A stretch of DNA of 33,050 nt from Nemertoderma westbladi (lineage: Eukaryota > Animalia > Xenacoelomorpha). Within the stretch, counting starts at the first letter, position 1. Every line of letters starts with the position of its first letter. The stretch covers positions 1-33,050 of the forward strand of contig JAUCBJ010000170.1 in NCBI GenBank assembly GCA_032718475.1. Direction: 5' to 3'. Below are positions 11,601-19,470 of this stretch, piece after piece. Position numbers and translations under genes: made by a program. The notes under the pieces are model-generated. The model saw only the letters and a list, made by a program, of their open reading frames with translations, searched no databases and had not been told where the DNA came from.

Positions 11601-14600
11601 TAGAATGTTTGAGGACCATCAGGAATATCAGCTTCTGTAAGTTTACGAGCAATCCCCTTAGAAATGTACTGGTCAATATTGTCCTGATAAAGCTGATATT
11701 TGTCAGGCTTATCCTTTAATCGCTTCAAAAGACTAAGAACACGGGACATAGCTAAGGGGTAATTATTGACAAGCTTAGGGGGATATTGCTTCCAAAGCAT
11801 TCCGATTTGGTAGCGATGATCAATAAGTTTGGTTGATTCTTTGAGCATCTCTAGTGCTTTGAGTTCGTCCCTAGAATAAGCTTTGTCTTCATCATTTTCC
11901 ATAAGAAAATCAGATGAGGTAGTTGTACCGAATTTATCTAGTCCTAAGAATTGATTAAGTTGTAGTTCCAGTTCCTTACTGAGTAGAGTTGTTTCCTTTG
12001 CAACTATGTGATGGACACTAACACTGGGAAGATGGGAAACATTTCCCACAGGGCCAATTACACACCAACCAAAGGGAGTATGGATAGCAGAAGGTTCTGA
12101 GTTAGGATGTTCAGGCCACTTATGCTTATCGCGAAACAAAGCCTGGGGGTAATTTGCACCTATGAGGACAGTGATGGATGGAATGTCCACTTTGGGATGA
12201 GCCAATTCCAAAGAGAGGGGGAAAAGATGAGGAAAAGTTTGCAGGTCAATGTGCTTGCTGTCATGAAGAAACTCACGCTTAATATTTGAAGTTACATAGA
12301 CCTTGTCGAACCTCATAACTAAGTTTGGATCAGTATCTAACTTGCCAGGAACAGGAGTTACTGAACATGATACCTCCCCGACTGAGACAGGTTTATCAAT
12401 ATCTAACAATGTACTCAATCGTAATGATGTTTGACGTGGGATTATACCAACATGGTCAATGACAGATTTGTCAATGAAAGATGAAGTAGAACCGTCATCC
12501 AATAAGGCAAATGTAGAAACACTGTCCTTGTCGAAAGAAAGCCTAATTGGAACAACCGAAAGCCAGACAGAGGGGGTCTGTTTCGAAAAAAGGACCTCCG
12601 AGTCAACAATGGATGACATACCAACCTGTTCTGATTCTTCTGATGCTATAGATCCTTGTACAAAGTTTGAATCTGTAGTGATTTTCTTAGCAGGTGATTT
12701 GCTAGTTTCCTTTGAAGTAGTGCTATTCTTATTCATAGAACTTGAAGAAGAATTGCTGGACTTTGTCTTTGCAGCATCAGGATTATGAAGGCTTGTATGG
12801 TGTCGTTTGGAACATCCAGGAGTCCTACAATGGTATTTAGAGGTACAAGTTGAAGGGCTATGGTCATAATAAAGACAATTATAACACAATTTCTTATCCT
12901 GAACAACTTTCTTTCTGTCAGCAAGAGATAATTCAAGATATTCTGGACATGAAGAAATACCATGATCTAAACCATTACACTTCATGCATTTCCTTGTGGA
13001 TGTTTTTATGGTATCTATATTAAGGGTAGTGACCTTAGGTTTTGGTTCAGTAGGTGCTAGCGACCTTTGACTTGGTTGATTTTGTGCAGTAGAAGTAGAC
13101 GAGTATGTGGACGAGTGGGAACTATGGGGAACATACACAGGGTCATTGATGACCTCTGCTTCTTCATCTACGAATGCTGCTAGTACTTGGAGGGTAGGTT
13201 CATGGTTACCATGGGAGCGTCGATAACTACGAGCATGGCGGCACCACCTACGATGGATGTCTGGTGGGAGATTGGATGCAACTTGTTTGAGATTGGCTGA
13301 AGAGTTCATCTCATTGCTATCTGATAGTTGCTGAAGAACTGCAACATTAGACATAATATTATCAGCATAATTACGGAGTCGTTCTCTACGCTGGGTTGCT
13401 GATCCACCTAAATCTGTCTTGACAGTAAGTTTATCAAGAATAGTTTGGATAATAACACTAGGGTGGCCATATCTGTTATGAAGGGCCATCCAAGCACTGG
13501 AGTATCCGTTAGGAAGACCACTATACATTTCAATAAGGGTATGAGCCTTGCCTGTGGTATACTGCAAGAGATAATTCAACTTATCATATTCATCAAGAGG
13601 TTTGGAATCTATCTGAGCTCTGAAAGTTGCCAAGAAAGAAATATAGTTGGCAGGATTTCCATCAAAGGACTTTGGTTGAGGAGGTGGAAGAGAAAGCTTA
13701 GTGTTAAGTTTGTCCAAAGTATCAAGAGTCTTTGAAAATATTCCATCAACAGAGGAAGAATTTATGTTTGAGAAATTTGGATTGATATAACTGCTACCAC
13801 TGGGAGGAAGACCGGTAGAAGGACATCCATAGCCCCCTTGACTATGGAAGGGATGATTTGGCTGAGAAGGTCCCCCCATGGCGATATGTGGGGACATACT
13901 ATAAATACCTATATCCCCAGTAGGCTGGCCTGAGAAAGAATTGTATCCACTTATTGGGTTGGATGGATGAGAGTGGTTGCCACGACCTACATTATGATTG
14001 ATATGGTAACTAGATAATAATTCAGTAGTCAATGGTGTTGTAATTGACATATTGCTACTGGTATTACTATTATTAACACTAGGTCTAGGATAACTATCTA
14101 CATTAGGGACAATCCTAGTACTATAAGCGTTACTAAGGCTAGGAAGGCTATATATAGATTGCTGTGTAAAATAAGGTGTAGGCACTACAGTTACAGGGGT
14201 ATTAATATCAGTATGCTTACCAACTATAATAGGCCTATTACTAATAGCTAAACTTGGCAGTGGCAGAATTGGTGATAAACAGGGGGTAGAAGCGGGATTA
14301 AACATTATATTAGGCATGCTGGGGCCAGTGTTAATTGCCGAAAAATTGTTTTCAGTTTTAAGCCCCGCCGGCTGAATAAAGGGGTTTGGAATTGCAGGTT
14401 TCTCTTTGAAGTCTACTAGATCTCGTTCAGCCATTTCCTGCTCGGCTTGTTCCAATTTTAATTTAGATAAATCTAATTTGTCTTTGGCCTCTAATTCAGC
14501 ACGTCTTATATTTTGTTTGGCCTCTAGTTCAGCAATTGCATGTTCTTGCTTAAGCCTGTTATACCTCTGGGTAGCTGTAGAAGATACATGAGAACTGTTT

Positions 14601-15532
14601 GAATGTACACTATCAGCCATAGAATGTGTACGTGTTCTATGTCTACTAGGCTGTAATGGTGATTGGTTAGATTCAAACGCATTCTGAGAAACAGAATAAG
14701 GATTTGAACCACTACTAATATTAGTATTTTGAATGACAGGCCTACCTGTTTGTACGTTAGTGGTACTAGGCCTAGGCGGGTTATTTATACCGGTACCTGG
14801 GATGATTTGCGGTGCAGTGCCAGATATAGCAGGCTGCCAAGACAAGAAACCGGGTTCGTGTATATATGGTTTGAATTCCTGAAATTTGGACATAATTTCG
14901 GTATTCACTATGACACACTGAGCACGCAAATATTCCGCAGGTTCGGGCATATTGATGTCGTTATATATATCAGCGTTTGATTGAAAGGAAGACAACATTT
15001 TATTATAGCTGTCCAGACAAGAAGAAAATAAACTTTGTACGATATTGGAATCCATTTCAGCACCAGAAATTTGAGCTTTCTGTTTAAGTGAAATAAATTC
15101 ATTAAATGTTTTAGAAAATTTTGATTTATAACCCCTGATGGTACCTTTTATTGTCTGTAAATTGGGCACCACCAGTAAGCTTTTGTCCTGCATTTTTGCA
15201 TTACCGGAAGTAGGCCCCCCACCGGTACCGGAAGTAGGCCTACCGGTCCCGGAAGTAGGCACACCGGTAGCAGAAACCCTTTGGCGTACCGGTACAGTGT
15301 CGGAGGTAGGCCTAACTACAGGATTTCTTTGCCTACCGCTACCTGTTGGGTTTGTCGGTCTACTGTCGTCATTGTCAGAGTGAATGTTAATGGCAGTGGA
15401 GTGGAGCTGGAGATGGTCGGTTGTACTTACACCTATTCTCGCCGGATCCGGATCATGATAGGCTTGGCTGTCGTCGATGATACCGTTTTCCGAACCGTCC
15501 GAAATGTTCGGATTGACCAGAGTTTCATCCAT
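8603..15532 (-). CDS. gag-pol: BEL/Pao gag-pol polyprotein (2309 aa from first ATG)
   Basis: Uninterrupted ORF; the track start at 15571 is a GTG and the first ATG is at 15532. Capsid-like FDGNPANYISF; knuckles CMKC..H..C, CYNC..H..C, CRTPGC..HHTSLH; protease ALLDDGSTSSF; RT YLPHH, ADIESMFHQV, YVDD (11177-11188); RNase H FSDAS, ELQAA, WTDS, NPAD; integrase HH-CC, VDMFGP, SDNGSNF, GGVYERLV. Confidence 0.97.
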   Translation of the reverse strand: MDETLVNPNISDGSENGIIDDSQAYHDPDPARIGVSTTDHLQLHSTAINIHSDNDDSRPTNPTGSGRQRNPVVRPTSDTVPVRQRVSATGVPTSGTGRPTSGTGGGPTSGNAKMQDKSLLVVPNLQTIKGTIRGYKSKFSKTFNEFISLKQKAQISGAEMDSNIVQSLFSSCLDSYNKMLSSFQSNADIYNDINMPEPAEYLRAQCVIVNTEIMSKFQEFKPYIHEPGFLSWQPAISGTAPQIIPGTGINNPPRPSTTNVQTGRPVIQNTNISSGSNPYSVSQNAFESNQSPLQPSRHRTRTHSMADSVHSNSSHVSSTATQRYNRLKQEHAIAELEAKQNIRRAELEAKDKLDLSKLKLEQAEQEMAERDLVDFKEKPAIPNPFIQPAGLKTENNFSAINTGPSMPNIMFNPASTPCLSPILPLPSLAISNRPIIVGKHTDINTPVTVVPTPYFTQQSIYSLPSLSNAYSTRIVPNVDSYPRPSVNNSNTSSNMSITTPLTTELLSSYHINHNVGRGNHSHPSNPISGYNSFSGQPTGDIGIYSMSPHIAMGGPSQPNHPFHSQGGYGCPSTGLPPSGSSYINPNFSNINSSSVDGIFSKTLDTLDKLNTKLSLPPPQPKSFDGNPANYISFLATFRAQIDSKPLDEYDKLNYLLQYTTGKAHTLIEMYSGLPNGYSSAWMALHNRYGHPSVIIQTILDKLTVKTDLGGSATQRRERLRNYADNIMSNVAVLQQLSDSNEMNSSANLKQVASNLPPDIHRRWCRHARSYRRSHGNHEPTLQVLAAFVDEEAEVINDPVYVPHSSHSSTYSSTSTAQNQPSQRSLAPTEPKPKVTTLNIDTIKTSTRKCMKCNGLDHGISSCPEYLELSLADRKKVVQDKKLCYNCLYYDHSPSTCTSKYHCRTPGCSKRHHTSLHNPDAAKTKSSNSSSSSMNKNSTTSKETSKSPAKKITTDSNFVQGSIASEESEQVGMSSIVDSEVLFSKQTPSVWLSVVPIRLSFDKDSVSTFALLDDGSTSSFIDKSVIDHVGIIPRQTSLRLSTLLDIDKPVSVGEVSCSVTPVPGKLDTDPNLVMRFDKVYVTSNIKREFLHDSKHIDLQTFPHLFPLSLELAHPKVDIPSITVLIGANYPQALFRDKHKWPEHPNSEPSAIHTPFGWCVIGPVGNVSHLPSVSVHHIVAKETTLLSKELELQLNQFLGLDKFGTTTSSDFLMENDEDKAYSRDELKALEMLKESTKLIDHRYQIGMLWKQYPPKLVNNYPLAMSRVLSLLKRLKDKPDKYQLYQDNIDQYISKGIARKLTEADIPDGPQTFYLPHHFVENVNKPGHIRIVNDGSALYKGVSLNNQLMDGPGFCCSIVGVLLRFRIGAIAFIADIESMFHQVKVTPQDSDSLRFLWQSPGASTIDTYAMLVHIFGARCSSCTATYGVRHCALDHAHLYDADIIMAILKAMYVDDILKSCHSIKDAIRIALGVISCLEHGSFPLRKFISNSREFLLHIPQAKLAMPSINLDMDELPVTRALGVIWNTESDIFTFLYKEKQVPNTKRGCLALLSSIYDPLNLISPFIVAGRLLIQNIWKEGLKWDDELPNKLRQPWSKWSSEIYLLSEMTIPRVYLGSSPPEDILYYEIHNFSDASKVAYGCVSYLRVVSPESVDVTLLFSKSRMVPIKSTQSTPCLELQAAKLATGVSTNMVTELGLSISQTHFWTDSTVVLSYLHNTTTQFKCYVANRVASILRVSELDQWHHVPGISNPADDVSRGLSARALIDSTRWWHGPEFLSERVDNFPEFVPTSCIELASEQVYSLTVAPDPELKFSADGLTLLLNHSSSWNKLRRIIAWLIRLCNSFTSPDSVLSLKGTMVSIEEIQRAGMCIVRFAQSQLYPTELKCLRNSSPVHISSPLSRLCPKIFDDGIVRLGSRIASAPVSFDAAYPIILSKSHPLAKILVWSTHVKSGHSGRDQVTITIRQQFWIIGLQSLSRSVISKCFLCRKKHARRMEQLMAPLPKSRLTPYVPPFTYSAVDMFGPLRVKYRKTRSTSTIKRYGILYTCLNSRAISLDIAADASADAFINSFRRHIAGRGTPKEILSDNGSNFVGADSEMKQNIELWSENFISDLKPLGVTWRYIPPGAPHMGGVYERLVKMTKEILYGLLQGALVTDDVLLTTLAEAESIVNSRPLCTVTDDPTSDDVLTPNHLLIQRPAYNYPPGPFDDSDTYSRRTWRQAQLISNHFWNKWLREYVSTLQIRHKWHRKRGNLQVDDVVLLHEDVLPRNSWRWGRIVKTFPDKSGLVRSAEVKTPVGVYKRPVRKMCLLEEAT

Positions 15533-15915
15533 GATGTTAATTATAGACGCGCCCGCGTCCGTAAATACCACGATATACGCAGGCCTGTTCGCCTACCTAC
15601 TGACCTACCACTACCACTGCTGCTGCTACCAGACAGCCTACTTTAGGCCTAATTTACTGAACCTGCTGTCAATGCCCGAATGCTGCAATCAGGCAATGTC
15701 AGCTGGCGGTAAGGTGGTAACAGACTGGCAGAGCCGTTAGGGCTTGTGAAGGAGAACAGAAAAAAGCATAGGCCCAGGCCTATGTGCATGTGCAACAAGC
15801 ATAAATTGCAGTCAGTACGGCTACAGCCAGACAGCAGTAAAAGCGCAGTATTTCTTTTTTAATACCGATACGTTATTAATAAAGAAAATGATTTAGAAAT
15901 TTGAGAATTTATAAT

Positions 15916-15929
15916 TATTTCTTTTGAAC
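15916..15929 (-). other. Non-tRNA primer-binding-site candidate complementary to the element's own LTR
   Basis: RNA-sense GUUCAAAAGAAAUA begins 5 nt inside the 5' LTR boundary, has no TGG start, and is the exact complement of LTR 16254-16267 (RNA-sense UAUUUCUUUUGAAC). Confidence 0.65.
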
Positions 15930-16447
15930 AAAACTGTCCCGGCTAAACAGTGGGAAAGCGGTTTGGGTCGCTTTTGGTTATTTTATGAGGCTTTGCCGGT
16001 AAAACCTTCATTTGGCGGCTGTAATACTAACGCCCGTCAGCCCGTATTCTACCGTGCTGGCGCGCTTGGCGTAATTTCATCACCTGAGCATGTAAACGTT
16101 AATTGCCAATGGCCCTTAAAATAAATATTCTTTATTATAAAACCTTCAGTTTATTTATTTCCTAAATCAGGCATGTCACTAAATGCGATATGAGCCAAAA
16201 ACGGATGACAATAATCATGCAGTGTAGTGGTGAAAATGGAACGCACACGCACAGTTCAAAAGAAATACTGGCGTTTATACAGCCGCATAGACGGGTGTCT
16301 AAGAGACTGCTAGAAACAGATAAAGGATAAAGTAGCTACTGACAGATGCAGTCAGTAGCTGGTGGGCACAGAGCAGAAAGTCTGATGTCCGTGTGATTCT
16401 ATTCATCAGAATGAATGAATGAATGAATGAAATAGCAGTACGTCCAG

Positions 16448-16455
16448 TATTTATA
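16448..16455 (-). promoter_or_regulatory. LTR TATA box
   Basis: Minus strand CCTATAAATA with TCATTC repeats ~20-40 nt downstream; same site at 7474-7481 in the 3' LTR. Confidence 0.65.
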
Positions 16456-16493
16456 GGTGACAAGAGTGAAGAATGTATCAAATTATTAGTGTT

Positions 16494-16508
16494 GGCGGGA
16501 AATTTGAA
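16494..16508 (+). promoter_or_regulatory. E2F / CDE-CHR-like element in LTR U3
   Basis: GGCGG-GAAA-TTTGAA has the CDE + 4 nt + CHR spacing and overlaps the E2F site TTTCCCGCC; ~40 bp upstream of the TATA; also at 7519-7533. Confidence 0.45.
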
Positions 16509-17629
16509 TGTTAATGAAGTTAATGATAATGAATGAAATATCTAAGATATTTTTTACGTTTTTTGAGGGGGTAAGGACGCCGAAAGCCGTGACATGCTGG
16601 GATCTTTAACATATAACAAGCACCCCTTATTCAGTATGTCTGTCGTTACCTTTAATTTATAATCTTATGAAGTAGAACTGAATTATACGATACTTGTGAC
16701 AATCGGTTTGTGTTTAACATGTATTATTTAATTGATATATATTTATGTAATAATTAGTGAATATTACTCATCAATATAGAATAGAGTAGACTGACATACC
16801 TGCTGCTGGTGCTTCTTCATTCATCGTTAATTAATTAAGTAGAAACCAATGTGTCTTGCAGCATTAATCAATTTGTCAATTTAAAATACCAGGATATTAT
16901 TATTAGGCCAGTGTTGATTGATATTAACATTCACGAGGCCATTTCTTCTCAAATAAACTATTTATTTCAACTATTATTAAATAGAATACTATATAAACAT
17001 CATTTGTAAAACTAAACAAATAAAAAACTCCTACAGATAAGGAATTAATTTGGTGTGTGAGCTTTGAAATTGGAATTAAGGAAGACTTTATTGAGATGCT
17101 GGTTGATTTGCATAAAGAAACAAGTATATAGGCAGATACTCCCATACATGTAGACATACATATATACAAGTAGCACATATAATTCAATAATAAATTATAA
17201 ATTATACATAAACAAGTATATCAAAATGGAATACGACTGTTACATAATCTAGGTATCTCTAATAATAATCTTATAAAGATATACAATTTCATAAACGAAA
17301 TATTTCTGAGCAATATATATATATATATAAACAATATAATTTCGCGTTTAGAAAATTGTATATTAAATCTATAAATATGTACAGTAGGCTTACATACCAA
17401 CAAGTTAATATAATAAATATACACATTTGTGTCAGATAAATAATTAATAATTAATTAATAATAATTAATAATTAATAAAGAACAAGTATAATAATTAATG
17501 TGGACGTGTAAATAAGGAATGATAGCTCTTCCTCCTTGTGCTAAATTTTTTGCGTTTTTTTTCCTTTGTATATATATTTAGCAGCATTTTAAGAAAACCC
17601 GTAATTTAACCTGGAATCTATGTGGAATC

Positions 17630-17820
17630 AATACACCATGTCTTGGAATCTGGAATATGGAATCTATACACCATCTCCAGTGATATGGACCCCCCCCCCA
17701 CACACAAATTGTTCTACCTATCTTCATGAGATTGCATCAAATTTGAAACAGAGTTAGTTTCACCTACCTGGATGAGTCAGAATTTTATTTTTTGCTTTTA
17801 TTCTTTAGCTACAAGTGTTT
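17630..17820. repeat. Left arm of a diverged inverted repeat pair (partner 21116-21293)
   Basis: Blocks aatacaccat, caaattgttctac, atgagatt, aaatttgaaaca, gtttcacctacct, tcagaatttt, tttagctacaagtgttt recur in order as reverse complements at 21116-21293. Confidence 0.75.
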
Positions 17821-18473
17821 GAAAAAGTGTCTCCATCAATATTATACCAGTTACACCGCAGCTAAATATTTTTCAATTTTATATTGATTTGTTGGTAGCA
17901 ATGGAAAGCTGGCCATGCAAGGATTCCATATATGTAAAAATATTTGGTTTGGGAATTGCTGAGGTATGGGCATTCGAAAGTTGCATGTATTTACTTCAAC
18001 TGCAGGCCATTTTATTACATTTATTGAATACACCATATTCTGGAACATGTTGTTTATCTCATAAGTAGCTGGGCAACAGTTAATGCCTATATAATTTGAA
18101 TTCATGTCACCTGTTCCAGCTCTGTTTGGATCTGCTACCAGTCAAACAATGGACCCTCTACTGCTCCTTCCTCTCCAACACGGTGGCGTGGACTGGGGAT
18201 CAGTGATCCCCTTATTCGTTGTGGAACCTCACACCTTGCATCATAATTGGACACACCAAACATTGAGGAGTCCATTCATCTCGTGTTCTCACTGCTCAAC
18301 TGATGGTGTGTGTGTGTGGGGGGGGGGGGGGGGGGGGGTGGAAGCTCAGATGTTAATTAAACACCTTTTGTGTCAAAGCGGGTGGGGATGAGGCAGCGTG
18401 GGTTGGGGGTTGTGTTGGGTGCTGTGAGGTGGCGATTGCACTTTGCGCTGTTGTGGGCTGCTTCACTGTGTCT

Positions 18474-19470
18474 CAGGGGTGGAAGGATACCATGGAGGAG
18501 ACTCGGTTTTGGAGACGGAGCGGGTGTGCGGGGGTGGAAGGAGACCATGGAGGAGTCTCGCTTTCGGAGATGGTGTGGATGTATGGGGCAGAAGGAGACC
18601 ATGGAGGAGTCTCTGTTTCGGAAATGGAGCGTGTGTGTGGGGGCAGAATGAGACCATGGAGGAGTCTCGGTTTCGGAGATGGTGCGTGTGTGCAGGGGTG
18701 GAAGGAAATCATGGTGGAGTCTCGGTTTTGGAGACGGAGTGGTTGTGCGGGGGCAGAAGGAGACCATGGAGGAGTCTGGGTTTCGGTGACAGTGCGTATG
18801 TGCAGGGGTGGAAGGATACCATGGATGAGTCTCGGTTTCGGAGATGAAGCGGGTGTGCAGGGTGGAAGGAGACCATGGAGGAGTCTCGGTTTCGGAGATG
18901 GAGTGGGTGTACAGGGTGGAAGGAGACCATGGAGGAGTCTCGGTTTCGGAAATGGAGCGTGTGTGTGGGGGCAGAAGGAGACCATGGAGGAGTCTCGGTT
19001 TCGGAGATGGTGCGTGTGTGCAGGGGTGGAAGGAGATCATGGAGGAGACTCGGTTTTGGAGATGGAGCGGGTGTGCGGGGGTGGAAGGAGACCATGGATG
19101 AGTCTCGCTTTCGGAGATGGTGTGGGTGTACGGGGCAGAAGGAGACCATGGAGGAGTCTCGGTTTCGGAGATGGTGCGTGTGTGCAGGGGTGGAAGGAGA
19201 TCATGGAGGAGTCTTGGTTTTGGAGACGGAGCGGGTATGTGGGGGTGAAAGGAGACCATGGAGGAGTCTCGGTTTCGGAAATGGAGCGTGTGTGTGGCGG
19301 CAGAAGGAGACCATGGAGGAGTCTCGGTTTCGGAGATGGTACATGTGTGCAGGGGTGGGAGGTGATCATGGAGGAGTCTCGGTTTTGGAGACGGACTGGG
19401 TGTGCGGGGGTGGAAGGAGACCATGGAAGAGTCTCGGTTTCGGAGACGGAGCGGGTGCGTGGGGTTTTAC
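18474..19470. repeat. G-rich minisatellite, 18 units of ~55 bp
   Basis: Consensus GGGGTGGAAGGAGACCATGGAGGAGTCTCGGTTTCGGAGATGGTGCGTGTGTGCA; CATGG recurs every 54-55 bp from 18491 to 19422. Confidence 0.95.

Larger units (their letters stand above)
6966..16594 (-). mobile_element. BEL/Pao (Belpaoviridae) LTR retrotransposon, full-length, apparently intact
   Basis: Two LTRs bounded by TGTC(C)CGGCT...AGCCG(T)GACA; 5-bp TSD TGCTG at 6961-6965 and 16595-16599; single gag-PR-RT-RH-IN ORF with BEL-type triple zinc knuckle. Confidence 0.97.
15935..16594 (-). repeat. 5' LTR (660 bp)
   Basis: TG...CA ends; upstream of the minus-strand ORF; contains minus-strand TATAAATA, (TCAT)n initiator-like repeats and AATAAA signals (plus-strand tttatt at 16131 and 16150-16159). 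Confidence 0.97.
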
